DNA of 64,000 bases from an uncultured archaeon (lineage in GTDB: Archaea; Thermoproteota; Nitrososphaeria; Nitrososphaerales; Gagatemarchaeaceae), in the NCBI GenBank assembly GCA_963817525.1, contig CAWFOU010000007.1, positions 864,001-928,000 on the forward strand. The letters are read 5' to 3'. How positions within the stretch are numbered: the first letter of the stretch is position 1; every line of letters begins with the position of its first letter. Below, in pieces: positions 50,246 to 60,995 of this stretch. The notes under the pieces are model-generated. The model did not search any database. It was not told where the DNA came from and was given only the letters and a program-made list of their open reading frames with translations. A program made the translations under genes and the position numbers.

Positions 50246-51226
50246 ATGCCGAGCAAGACCGAAGACCTCTGGTGGCTGTTCACCCGCCAGACAATCAGGG
50301 TCACCCCGCGGCAGAGCGTCCTCTCCGCCTCGACGATCATGCACAGGAGGAACTTCAGGCACCTCCCTGTGGTCGACGAGAAGGGCAGGATCATGGGCAT
50401 GATCTCCGCCCAGGACATCATAGACTCGCTGAACTTCGCCTTCTCCAGGGAAGAGGTGACGACGAGGGAGGTGATCGACTCGCTAGAGATCCCGGTGGAG
50501 CGCATCATGGTCTACAACAGCATCTGCGTGGAGCCGGGGGACGGCCTCTCGGAGATCACCAAGAAGATGACCTTCCACAACCTCGGCGGCATGCCCGTGG
50601 TCGACGAGCAGGGCGTCGTGAGGGGGATCATAACGCTCAGGGACCTGGTCGGGCTGATGGGGACCAGCTCCGACGAGATAGGCGTCCCCGTCTCGGAGAT
50701 AATGAACACGAACATCGTGACCATCTCCCCGGACGCCTACCTCTCCACCGCCGTCCGCCTGATGTCCGAGAACAGGGTCAGGCGCCTCCCGGTCCTCCCT
50801 GCCCAAGGGGAGGGGGACGGCGTCCCGAAGGGCATCCTCTCCAACAAGGACGCCCTGAGCCACGTCTCCAAGTTCGCCCCCAGGGGGCCGCCCGACGCGG
50901 GAGGAGGCCAGACCTGGAGCGTCCCCACGAAGTTCGACGTCCCGATCTCCGAATTCATGACCAGGGACGTCATCACCGTGGGCAAGGACGACGACATCAG
51001 GGTCGCGGCCTCCAAGATGATGATCTTCGGGATAGGCGGGCTGGTCGTGGACGACTTCGCCCCCGGACGGGTCGCCCTGGTGACGGAGAGGGACCTCATC
51101 AGGACTCTCTCGAGGAAGAAGGGCAACTCCGTCCTGATGACGGCGCTCCAGTTCGAGCTGGAGGTCGAGAAGGCCAAGGCGCGCTCCTCGGCGGGGCACG
51201 GCGCTGGCCAACGCTCCCACGCCTGA
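50246..51226 (+). CDS. CBS-domain protein (4 CBS repeats)
   Basis: RHLPVVD, GMPVVD, RRLPV, GLVV...TERD; SD GGAGGT before ATG 50246. Confidence 0.9.
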   Translation: MPSKTEDLWWLFTRQTIRVTPRQSVLSASTIMHRRNFRHLPVVDEKGRIMGMISAQDIIDSLNFAFSREEVTTREVIDSLEIPVERIMVYNSICVEPGDGLSEITKKMTFHNLGGMPVVDEQGVVRGIITLRDLVGLMGTSSDEIGVPVSEIMNTNIVTISPDAYLSTAVRLMSENRVRRLPVLPAQGEGDGVPKGILSNKDALSHVSKFAPRGPPDAGGGQTWSVPTKFDVPISEFMTRDVITVGKDDDIRVAASKMMIFGIGGLVVDDFAPGRVALVTERDLIRTLSRKKGNSVLMTALQFELEVEKAKARSSAGHGAGQRSHA

Positions 51227-51293
51227 CGTCCCGCAGCGACGCGAAAGTTTAAAGACTTAAGAAAAATCCGGGTTCCTTCCCAAGTGAGCTTGG

Positions 51294-52299
51294 ATGGGTC
51301 ATAGGAAACATAGTGCACCACGCAGAGGAAGCCTCGCATACATCCCCAGGGGGAGGGTCGGCGACTTCTTCCCGACCGTGCACAACTGGCCGAAGATCAA
51401 GAGCGCGTCGCCCATCCTTCTCGGTCTTCCGGCTGTCAAGGTAAGCACGATTCACACGATCACACTGGACGACAGGGAGAAGACGCCCAACTTCGGCAAG
51501 CCGCGCTTCAACCCGACCAGCGTCCTCGCAGTGCCGGACACCGCGGTGGTGGGCTTCCGGCTCTACAAGAGGGAGAACGGCGCGGAGAGCGCCGTCGGAG
51601 AGGTCTACGCGAAGAGCCTCCCGAAGGGCGTCGAGAAGAAGTCGAGCGTCGACCCGGAGAAGTTCATCGAGGCTTGGAAACCCAAGCTCTCGGGCCTGAC
51701 TCGCATCTCCGCTATCCTGGCGATGACCCCCAGGGACGCGGGAATTTCGCAGAAGGTGCCGATAGTATTCGAGGTGGGCATCGGAGGCGGGCGACCTCGC
51801 GGCGCAGTTCGACTACGCCGGGAAGGTCCTGGGCAAGGCGGTCAAGTTCTCGGAGGTCTTCAAGGCTGGCGGCTACGTCGACGTGATAGGCGTGACAAAG
51901 GGCCACGGCTACGAGGGCCCCGTGACCAGGATGGGGATCAAGAGGAAGCAGCACAAGTCGAGGAAGAGCGTGAGGGCGGTGGGAGTCATAGGCCCCTGGC
52001 ACCCGGCGGCGGTCATGTACACCGTCGCGAGGGCGGGGCAGCACGGCTTCCACCAGAGGACGGAGACGGGCAAGAGGATACTCAGCATCTCCAACGCCAA
52101 GGACGCGCCCATCACCCCGAAGGGCGGCTTCGAGCACTTTGGCGAGCTCAACACCGACTACGCGCTGGTCCGTGGGAGCGTCCCAGGGACCAACAGGCGC
52201 GTCGTGGTGGTGAGGCACCCGACCAGGCCGCACCCCAAGGCCAAGACGGCGCCCGTCCAGGTCTTAGAGATAAGCACCAAGCTAGGAGCGAGGAAGTAG
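51294..52299 (+). CDS. rpl3: 50S ribosomal protein L3 (indel near 51790)
   Basis: HSAPRRGSL; second frame TKGHGYEGPVTR, RAGQHGFHQRTE, GSVPG. Confidence 0.95.
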
Positions 52300-52303
52300 C
52301 GCC

Positions 52304-53120
52304 TTGGCGAGCTCGGCGAAGGTCCTTGACATGAGCGGCAAGCCCGGGGCAAGAGGTAGACCTCCCCGCCGCGTTCTCCACGCCGCTCAGGCCGGACCTG
52401 GTCCAGAGGGCCTGGTGGATACTCCACTCGCACGGCCTGCAGCCATACGGCCGCGACCCGATGGCGGGCGAGAGGACCACCGCCGAGACGGGCAACCCCC
52501 CCACAGGAAGGGGCATCTCAAGGATCCCCAGGGTCAAGGGCGCAGGCAGCCAGAGGTCGGGCCAGGCAGGAGGGGTGGCCAGCACCGTGAAGGGAAGGCT
52601 CCCACACCCGCCGAGGTCCGAGAAGGTGATCTACAGGAAGATCAACGTCAAGGAGAGGAAGCTCGCGCTGAACACGGCAATCGCTTTCACGGGGGACGCC
52701 GCCGCCGTCGCGTGGAGGGGCCACAAGACGGGCAAGCTAAAGTTCCCAGTGGTCGTCTCAGACGACCTCGAGGCGCTCGAGAAGACCGCCGCGCTCGAGG
52801 GCTTCCTAGAGGACATCGGGCTCGCGGAGGAGATGAAGCGGATCTACGGCGGGGTGAAGAGGCGCTCGGGAACGGCGAGGATGCGCGGGAGGACGACAAG
52901 GAAGAAGGTCGGGCCTCTCATAGTGGTCAGCAACGACAGGGGGGTGGGCAAGGCCGTCGCGTCGATCCCCGGGGTGGAGGTCGTCTCCGTGGACAGCCTC
53001 AGCGTGCTCCCGCTTGCGCCCGGAGGGGTCGCTGGGAGGCTCACCCTGTGGACGTCGTCAGCGATCGAGGTATTGGGGACAAGGTCGGCCAAAAAGGAGG
53101 GAATGAAGGTTGAGGCTTGA
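52304..53120 (+). CDS. rpl4: 50S ribosomal protein L4 (indel in GGGG near 52347)
   Basis: Corrected frame LPAAFSTPLRPDLV, QPYGRDPMAG, GRGISRIPR, LAPGG..GRLTLWT. Confidence 0.95.
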
Positions 53121-53376
53121 AGACGCGCAGAAGATAATCTTCCGGCCGTACATCACCGAGAGGACCTTCGACCAGATAGCCCGCGAGAACAAGCTCTGCT
53201 TCATGGTGGACAACAAGGCGTCGAAGACCCAGATCGCCAACGCGGTCGAGGCGCTCTACGAGGTCAAGGTGAGGGCGGTCAACACGATGAGGGCGATAAA
53301 CGGCAAGAAGGCCTACGTCAGGCTAGTCCCTGAGGATTCCGCGACCGACCTCGCGACCAAGCTGGGCCTGGTGTAA
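53110..53376 (+). CDS. rpl23: 50S ribosomal protein L23
   Basis: PYITE, NKLCFMV, VNT, KKAYVRL. Confidence 0.95.
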   Translation: MRLEDAQKIIFRPYITERTFDQIARENKLCFMVDNKASKTQIANAVEALYEVKVRAVNTMRAINGKKAYVRLVPEDSATDLATKLGLV

Positions 53377-53381
53377 TAGCG

Positions 53382-54143
53382 ATGGGCAAGAGAATCCTCC
53401 AGAGAAGGCGGGGCAAGGGCGGGATCCAATGGAGGGTCTCCCCCAGGGGCAAGATAGCTCCGGTCCGCTACCCTCTGATGAGCCCGGACGCCGCCGGACA
53501 CGAGGGGAAGCTCACCGTAAAGGCCCTCCTCGACGAGAAGGGAAGGAGCGCGCCCCTGGCACAGCTCCAATACGGCGAGCACGGGGCGATATCCTACGTC
53601 CCAGCCATCAACGGCATAGCGGTCGGGGACGAGGTCCAGCACGGCCCAGACGCCGCGGTGTCGAACGGGAACATCCTCCCTCTGAAGAACATCCCTGAGG
53701 GGACGCGTGTCTCCAACATCGAGCTCCGCGCGGGGGACGGCGGCAAGCTAGTCAGGGCGGCGGGCGGCTCGGCGGTCCTCTTCTCAAAGGGGGAGGGAAA
53801 GGTCATCGTCAGGCTCCCGAGCGGGAAGAGCATACTGGTGAACGAGCACTGCAGGGCGACCGTCGGCGAGATAGCCGGGGCCGGCATGCAAGAGAAGCCC
53901 TTCATGCGCGCAGGGCCTAGATATCACAAGATGATGGCCGACGGGCGCCCCTACCCCAGGATGAGAGGCATCGCTATGGCGGTGGTCTACCACCCGTTCG
54001 GAGGAGGCAGGCACCAGCACCCCGGCAAGTCGACCAGCACCTCTAGGAACGCGCCTCCAGGGAGGAAGGTGGGCCTGATAGCGCCAAGGAAGACCGGCAG
54101 GAAGAGGCTGGCCAGGACGAGCGTCGAGGTTAAGGAGAGGTAG
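53382..54143 (+). CDS. rpl2: 50S ribosomal protein L2
   Basis: MGKRILQRRRG, DGGKLVRAAG, HPFGGG, PPGRKVG. Confidence 0.96.
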   Translation: MGKRILQRRRGKGGIQWRVSPRGKIAPVRYPLMSPDAAGHEGKLTVKALLDEKGRSAPLAQLQYGEHGAISYVPAINGIAVGDEVQHGPDAAVSNGNILPLKNIPEGTRVSNIELRAGDGGKLVRAAGGSAVLFSKGEGKVIVRLPSGKSILVNEHCRATVGEIAGAGMQEKPFMRAGPRYHKMMADGRPYPRMRGIAMAVVYHPFGGGRHQHPGKSTSTSRNAPPGRKVGLIAPRKTGRKRLARTSVEVKER

Positions 54144-54158
54144 GAAGGAGACAGGGCC

Positions 54159-54554
54159 ATGCCGAAAGAGTTCCGCTACAGGGGTTACACCGTCGAGCAG
54201 CTCAACGGGATGAGCACCGAGGCCATCCTCCAACTCCTCCCCTCGAGGGCGAGGCGCTCTCTCAACAGGGGCATCTCCGACGACAAGAGGAAGCTACTCG
54301 AGGACGTCCGCTCGCAGAAAGACGGAAGCCTCGACGGCCAGATCAAGACCCACGCGAGGGACATGATAGTCCTCCCGGTGATGGTCGGGGCCACCATCGG
54401 GGTCTATACGGGGAAGGAGTTCCTTTCCATCCAGGTCAAGCCTGAGATGATAGGGCACTACCTCGGCGAGTACGCGATTACCAACAAGAAGGTGGTCCAC
54501 GGCACCCCCGGAATCGGCGCGAGCCGCTCGAGCCTCTACGTCCCTCTCAAGTAG
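54159..54554 (+). CDS. rps19: 30S ribosomal protein S19
   Basis: FRYRG, KTHARDM, MIGHYLGE, GASRSS. Confidence 0.96.
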   Translation: MPKEFRYRGYTVEQLNGMSTEAILQLLPSRARRSLNRGISDDKRKLLEDVRSQKDGSLDGQIKTHARDMIVLPVMVGATIGVYTGKEFLSIQVKPEMIGHYLGEYAITNKKVVHGTPGIGASRSSLYVPLK

Positions 54555-54574
54555 CGCGCGGGGAAGACCCGACA

Positions 54575-55339
54575 TTGTCTCTGGCAAAGGGGGATCGTTC
54601 TCTCCAGGAGGAGCTGGACTGGGCCATCGCCAGGCTGGCGAAGGCGGGATTTCCCATCCACTCGAATGTCCGTCTCCTGGTCGACCCGAAGCTCGACATC
54701 ATGGGATACGCGAGCGAGGAGGAGGGGATCCAGCACATCGTCGTCGCGGACTGGGCGCTCCAGTCAGAGATGCTCGGCGGCCTGCTCTTCCACGAGCTCG
54801 CCCACATCTACCACAGCGAGAGGCGGTCCCCATCGCACAAGTTCAAGCTCACCAACGCCATAATCACGGAGCTGAGCCAGAGGGAGGGCCTCAACGAGCG
54901 CGAGACCGGGTACCTAGTGGAGGGGTTCAACCACCTCCAGAACATCATGGTGGACGACATCGTCTTCGCGGCGATGGAGGAGTCGGAGAGGAGGCAGGCA
55001 CAGAGGTTCTTCTCGGGTTGGCTGACAGAGACTCCGTCCGGGTATGCCCTCGTCGACTCGGCGGCGCTCGCCCGCAACGCCTTCGCGATCGCTTCGCTCA
55101 AGAGGCACCACCTCCTCGAAGAGGAGGAGCCGGACGCCAAGGAGATGGCGGAGAGGGCGAGGATGCTCGTGAGGCAGCTCGGGAAGAGCGCGCAGGCCAA
55201 GTACGACGCCATCGAGGAGTTCCTCGTGAAGGCCTCGCCTTCGTGGGACGAGGAGACCTTCCACAACAAGCTCGTCGAATTCCTCGACATGCTCGTAGCC
55301 CTCCTCAGAGAGAAGGACCAGATGGAAGACCTGCGGTAG
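54575..55339 (+). CDS. HEXXH-motif hypothetical protein (possibly DUF5781-like zincin)
   Basis: LFHELAHIY...SH, N...DD. Confidence 0.7.
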   Translation: MSLAKGDRSLQEELDWAIARLAKAGFPIHSNVRLLVDPKLDIMGYASEEEGIQHIVVADWALQSEMLGGLLFHELAHIYHSERRSPSHKFKLTNAIITELSQREGLNERETGYLVEGFNHLQNIMVDDIVFAAMEESERRQAQRFFSGWLTETPSGYALVDSAALARNAFAIASLKRHHLLEEEEPDAKEMAERARMLVRQLGKSAQAKYDAIEEFLVKASPSWDEETFHNKLVEFLDMLVALLREKDQMEDLR

Positions 55340-55462
55340 CCGCGCACCCGACTAATTGTCGAGGTCGGGGCAGGAGGCTGAACGACCGCACAGGCTACCG
55401 ACCATCGTTCTAAGGGCCTTTGCTAAGCCTCTGAGAGCGGGGGTCACGCTCGCGGTGGAGGA

Positions 55463-56674
55463 TTATTTCCTTAAGATGTTTGGGACGCCTTCCTGCAAGA
55501 CCTCGTAGTCCCTGCTTCTTTCTTCCCTATCGAGCAGGATGTACTCCGCGTGCGCCCAACCCAGCGGACAGGCCCAGCAGACGTAGCCTGGCGCCCTTAT
55601 CTTGTGGGCGTTCTTCTCTATCTTCCGCACCCCGTTCATCGTCCGGTCCCCAAACTTGAGCTCGTTCGCCTTCCATTCCTTGTACCCGCCGGAAGGGGCT
55701 ACCTTTTCCGGTATGAAGAGGTCCTCGGTCAGGATCGAGTCCAGAAAGTCCAAGCACGCGGCCTCACCCTCGCGAATTCCGAGACCTCTGTAAGAACGCG
55801 CCGCCCACAACGTGAAGAACGGCCACGCTGCCGAAGTTCCTCCCGAGTACCAGTGCCAATCGTCGACTATCTCAAAGTCCCTGAACCTCGAGAACCCGCC
55901 TATGCCCTTGTTCCAGAGAGCACCCCGAAGGCGTTCGAGCGTCGTCGCGAGCGCCGCATCATCACGGTAGATCCCGAAATAATAGGGAGCGAGTTGCGCC
56001 ATGTCGGGTGCCTTCACCTTCTCGCCAGACCTCCGCATGGCCTTGATGAATGTCCCTTGCTCCCTGTCGTAGAGCTTCTCGACCACCCTCGCCAGCAATC
56101 GTCTTGAAGAGCTCGCCCAGGCATCTTCCAAGTCGACATGGCCGAGAGCCCCCGCTATCCTCGACGCGTCGAGCAGCCCCTTCACCGCAGCAGAGTTGGC
56201 CCAAATCTCGAAGCCTTCCTCGAGCTTCCTGTTCTCGTGGATGGAATTGACGGTGAAGACCAGATCCGCTTCGGCGTCTATCGAGCGCCTGGTGAAGGAG
56301 GCGCACTCCTGGACCAATCCCCACATCCCTTCAAGGAACGAGCGGTCGCCCGATTTTCTGTAGGTGTCGTAGATTCCGCTCAGCACTAGGGGAGTGACGT
56401 CCAACTCATGCTCGTTGGAAACGTACGGCATCCCCCCGTTGTAGCGCTGATAGAACTCCCCGCGCGGCCTTCTGACCCTGTTTAGGAACCTGTAGAATTT
56501 CTTGGAGGGCTCGTACTCGCCGAGGGCGTTCATGGCGGTCGTCATCATCACGGCGTCCCTTGGATAGACGTAGGGATAGACGTCGTCCCTGGGCGTTGCT
56601 AAAATGCCTCCGTCTTCCTCCTGGAGGGCCTTTATCACGGCGAGGCTCCTCTCGAGCAGCGCTCGGTTGTGCAA
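55463..56674 (-). CDS. Glycoside hydrolase family 15-like (glucoamylase/trehalase fold)
   Basis: YVYPRD, SIHE, WPFFTLW, PE...PLGWAHA. Confidence 0.8.
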   Translation of the reverse strand: MHNRALLERSLAVIKALQEEDGGILATPRDDVYPYVYPRDAVMMTTAMNALGEYEPSKKFYRFLNRVRRPRGEFYQRYNGGMPYVSNEHELDVTPLVLSGIYDTYRKSGDRSFLEGMWGLVQECASFTRRSIDAEADLVFTVNSIHENRKLEEGFEIWANSAAVKGLLDASRIAGALGHVDLEDAWASSSRRLLARVVEKLYDREQGTFIKAMRRSGEKVKAPDMAQLAPYYFGIYRDDAALATTLERLRGALWNKGIGGFSRFRDFEIVDDWHWYSGGTSAAWPFFTLWAARSYRGLGIREGEAACLDFLDSILTEDLFIPEKVAPSGGYKEWKANELKFGDRTMNGVRKIEKNAHKIRAPGYVCWACPLGWAHAEYILLDREERSRDYEVLQEGVPNILRK

Positions 56675-56800
56675 TGCTCAAAGTACGCCCAACCTCGCTT
56701 ATAATTGGTGTGAAGGAATGGTTCACATTGGTCGGGGCGGACGAGGGCGGCTATAGAGGTCGAGAGGATGACCGGGCGTTGAGGCTAGTTCCCACCGTAA

Positions 56801-57919
56801 CTACGATGGGGTTGGTAGTGTTCGAGTCGTTTCCCCAGAATGCGGAAGCGGCGTCGCGCTTGTCGTCGAGGTGATTGTCGACGCGTAATACACGGCGTGG
56901 GTGTCACCTTCGCTCGTGTCGCCGGCCACGCAGTAGATTGTGGTCCCCGGGTTGACGCACGACGTCTCAGCGACGCTGACCGGATAGCTCGTACCGCTCG
57001 TCCATGCCCCGATGCCGCTCGACGATAGGGTGGAGTAGTAGACGCCGTCCGTGGCGCTGCCGCCCCCGACGCAGTAGACCTCCTCCCCAGCGGTCAAGCA
57101 CGATTGGCCGAAGGTCGCCGTAGGGTAGTCTGCCCCTGAAGCCCAGGGGCCGACTCCCGACGATGAGATTGGCGCGAAGTATGTGGAGTTGATGGGTCGC
57201 GGTCCTAACGCCGTAAAGCCCGCGATGCAGTAGAGGAAGCCACCAGAGGCCACGCACGACTCCGCGTCGACCGTCTGGGGATAGGCCGTCGTCCTCGACC
57301 AGGCGCCCACGCCTGTTGCCGAGACGGGCGCGTAATAGACTGCGTCAGTCTGCAAGGTCCCGACCGTCTCTTCACCGCCGACGCAATAGATGTAGCCACC
57401 AGAAGCCGCGCAGGAGAGGGCTATGGAGCTTATCGGATAACTGGTGGTGGGGTTCCAAGCGCCCGCCACGCCGCCCGACGCCGAGAGTGAAGCGTAGTAA
57501 ACAGCAGGCGTTGGCCTGGGCCCCAGAGTGCCGTTGATCCCGGACACGCAGTAGAGGTAGCCACCAAAGGCGGCGCATGATTGGCCGCTGATGTCGGTCG
57601 GATAGCTCGCGGTTGCCGACCAAGCGCCGACGCCAGAGGATGTCAGGGGAGCATAATAGACCGCGTCGGTGCCGTCGCCTAGGCAGTAGACGTAGCCACT
57701 CGACGTTACGCACGAGAGGCCCTCGGTGCCTGTCGGATAGCTCGTGGTGGATGTCCACGAGTCGTTCGCCGCGCTCACGTTCGCGGCTGCGAGGCCTGCC
57801 CACAGGGCGAGCGAGACCAAAAGCGCCAGCATGATGACCACAGACCCGTGCCGAGTCCTCGGATTGCTCCGACCATGGTCGTCCCCATCCATTAATCGAA
57901 TGGTAAGCGGAGCCTCCAT
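56801..57919 (-). CDS. Secreted Kelch-like beta-propeller protein with paired cysteines
   Basis: Signal-like TM, then about 6 repeats W..TTSYP......SC....GY.YC.GG...VYYA..SSSGVG. Confidence 0.8.
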   Translation of the reverse strand: MEAPLTIRLMDGDDHGRSNPRTRHGSVVIMLALLVSLALWAGLAAANVSAANDSWTSTTSYPTGTEGLSCVTSSGYVYCLGDGTDAVYYAPLTSSGVGAWSATASYPTDISGQSCAAFGGYLYCVSGINGTLGPRPTPAVYYASLSASGGVAGAWNPTTSYPISSIALSCAASGGYIYCVGGEETVGTLQTDAVYYAPVSATGVGAWSRTTAYPQTVDAESCVASGGFLYCIAGFTALGPRPINSTYFAPISSSGVGPWASGADYPTATFGQSCLTAGEEVYCVGGGSATDGVYYSTLSSSGIGAWTSGTSYPVSVAETSCVNPGTTIYCVAGDTSEGDTHAVYYASTITSTTSATPLPHSGETTRTLPTPS

Positions 57920-58229
57920 AGAGGTGAGGAATGTATTCTCTAGAAGAAACCTGCTGGTCTAATCTGCCTCGACCGCGCACGTGTCCCCTCCCCACGGGGA
58001 GAGGTCGCCCGAAGAGATGACCGTGCCCCCACTGCGCGACGGTCGCGACACTCATGTTGGCCATCCACAGGTTGAGCTTCACGGTCGTATACACGCTCCT
58101 GAGGACAGGATACTGCGGAAAAATCCGCTGAATCGCTGATTTTCGCGAAATCAGGTTTCTGGATTCAGACCCATATTTCGAAGCTGAATTTCCGACCTGC
58201 TTAATACACGTGTATGAACATTTCTCTCA

Positions 58230-60311
58230 TTGAATCTTCCAGAAGATTCTCCGAGAAGAAAGCTCTACGTCTACGTCATCTCGCTTTCTCTTCTGGCCTT
58301 TTCTTTTGCCTCCTTGTCGATCGTGCGCCCAACGTACGCCGCCACAATAGACTCGGGGGTGGTAATCCCGCTCTACAACTCCCCTGATTCTACCTGGACC
58401 ACGGTGGCCTCGACGGCCACGGCCAATCCGGGCGTCCCCATCATCGTCATCATGAACCCGAACAGCGGGCCTGGCTCCTCGGAAAGTTCGAGCTTCCTGT
58501 CGGGCGTACAGAGCCTGCAAGCGGCCCACGTTACCGTCCTGGGTTACGTCGCGACGGACTACGGTGACGACTCACTGAGTAGCGTCGAGTCTCAGATCAG
58601 CCAGTACAAAACGTGGTACAACGTCAACGGAATATTCTTCGATGAGATGTCAAACGTCGCTAGCGACGAGTCCTATTACTCCTCGCTCAACAGCTACGTA
58701 AAGTCGGACGGCATGACCTTCACTATGGGCAACCCCGGGACCTCCGTCCCGTCCGGATACAACGGCATCTTCAACAGCCTCAACATCTATGAGGACTCGG
58801 GGTATCCAACGCTCGCCGAGATCACGAACACAGGTTACCCGGCGTCGGACTTCTCCTTGATGGCGTACGGCGTCTCATACAGCGCTTCATTCGTGACAAG
58901 CGCCGCGAGCCTCGTAGGCTACATGTACATCGACAATCTCAGTGGAAGCAACCCGTACTCGACGTTGAGCTCCCTCTTCGCGGAGACCGTAGCAACCCTC
59001 GCAGGATTGGACGGGTCGACTTCAAGCACTACCAGCTCTTCGACGACCACGTCTTCGACCACCACCTCGACCGCAACCTCCGTCGGGAGCAGCATCGCGA
59101 TGACCGGCACGCAGTCCGCGTCGGGGACGGTCTCGTCGTCGCCCTACCAGATCACGCTTTCTAACTTCAACGTGGGAACAGGGAGCGACCGCTTGCTCGT
59201 AGTTGGTGTGAGCGCCAACGACGAAAGCGCGGCGTCGGTCACCTTTGGGGGAACGGCCTTGACGAGGGCCGGGGGGTCGTTCTCCAACAACGACGCCGAG
59301 TTCTGGTACCTCGTAGACCCGACGGGTACCGGAAGCATCGTTGTGACGATGGCTGGTTCCACGTCCGTCGTGGTCGGCGCATACGCCCTCTCGGGGGTGA
59401 CCCAAACGGACTCGATTCCCACAGTCGTCACAAACCACAACACGGCAGCCAGCAGCCCCACCGTATCGATAACGACGCTGTACCCGGGCAGCTGGGTTCT
59501 GGGCCTTTCGTCCATCTGGGGCGGTTCGACGCTGAGTTCCCCCTCGTGCACGTCGCAGTGGGATGTCGACGTCTCCGATGCAATCACAGGCGCGTCGAGC
59601 TCGCATGCCACGTCGTCGCCCGGCGCAGTGACCTGCAGCTGGACCGCGAGCCCCACGGACCTGTGGGACGCCGTAGCGATTGAGATACAGGCAGCGACCA
59701 CCACCACCACGACCACCACGACCACGACCACCTCGACCTCCTCTGACCCGCCTTCGACCTCCACGACGAACACGACCGACCACCACGACCAGCAGCTCCT
59801 CAACTTTGAGTTCAACGAGCACCTCGACCTCCAAGACCTCATCCTCGCACCTCGACCTCCAAGACCTCATCCTCGACCTCATCCTCGACCTCGGCCTCCG
59901 TGGATCCGCCTCCGCCTTCGCCTCCGATAACGACCGACCACCACGACCAGCAGCTCCTCAACTTCGAGTTCAACGAGTACCTCAACAACCAAGACCACGA
60001 CCTCCACCTCCTCCACCTCCTCGAGCACAACCGGAACCTCGGCGCTGAAGGTCACTAGCGAGACCACCGCGGGCGCCATCATTACCGGGTTCTACACGGT
60101 CCTCTACAGCCAGTCCGGAGCCGTCTTGGCCACTGGTTACACGCCCGTCACTCAGACCCTGACCGACAGCCAGACCTACACGGTGCTAGCTGACAGCTAC
60201 GGCTCCTGTCAGTTTTCCTATTGGCTAAACAACGGGAGCACAGACCCCCTGAGCATAGATGTAACGAGCAACACGAACCTGGTCGCAGTCTACAACTGTG
60301 CGATCACGTAA
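58230..60311 (+). CDS. Secreted spherulin-4 (GH135-like) protein with Ser/Thr linkers and extra domains (indels at 59770-59940)
   Basis: IPLY, IMNPNSGPG, LGYV.T.Y, GIFFDE, NPGT, YED. C-terminal domain continues to TAA 60311 in another frame. Confidence 0.8.
59749..59983 (+). repeat. Imperfect tandem duplications in the Ser/Thr linker
   Basis: ACGACCGACCACCACGACCAGCAGCTCCTCAACTT(T/C)GAGTTCAACGAG twice; CCTCGACCTCCAAGACCTCATCCTCG twice. Confidence 0.75.
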
Positions 60312-60577
60312 CCGCCACAACGCTTCCGTCGGGGAGTGCGCCCCATTCGAGCTTCCGCGCGAACCGGGGCCTTCCTGATCTCCTCGACTCAAAAGTGGTT
60401 CGGGATTAGTTGACCAGCAGGGGTCAAATCCTTGTCACGACCGAGGTGAAGGACAGAGAGGCCGTCGTCACGGTCCAGGACACTCGCCCGAACCCGTCGC
60501 CCGCTTCAATTCCACCATGGTTTTGATTTTGAATAGTTTTTATTCGCGGAGAGGGCTGATGCCCTGCGAAGCTTCCC

Positions 60578-60904
60578 ATGATCTATGAATGGAGAGTCTA
60601 TGAAATAATCCCGGGAAAGAGGAAGCTCCTCAACGAGCGTTTCGCAAAATACACGGTGCAGCTCTTCGAGAAGCACGGCATGTCAGTCGTGGGGTTCTGG
60701 GAGAGCGTGATAGGCGGGCGGACGAACACGCTCTATTACATGCTGGCATTCGAGAACCTTGGACATCGGGAAGAGGCCTGGAAGAGCTTCAGCTCTGACC
60801 CTGAATGGCAACGAACCGTGACGGATTCAGAGAAGGACGGACCTATCGTGGCGAGCATCACAAACATGATCCTGAAGCCTACGGAATACTCGCCTATGCA
60901 GTAA
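60578..60904 (+). CDS. NIPSNAP family protein
   Basis: IYEWRVY...PG, HG..VGFW, REEAWKSF..DPEW, LKPTEYSP. Confidence 0.9.
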   Translation: MIYEWRVYEIIPGKRKLLNERFAKYTVQLFEKHGMSVVGFWESVIGGRTNTLYYMLAFENLGHREEAWKSFSSDPEWQRTVTDSEKDGPIVASITNMILKPTEYSPMQ

Positions 60905-60995
60905 TCTGGCTCGAGGCTTCAAGTTCCCTAGGTTCGGGTCGGTGCGCGCGCCCCGACTTCAACCGCTTTATCCAAGCCCGGGTGACCTAACGGCC

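Noticed and set aside
59749-59983. Repeats read as a CRISPR array or DGR template/variable pair
   Set aside because: They encode a Ser/Thr linker, have no unique spacers, and no cas or reverse transcriptase gene is nearby.
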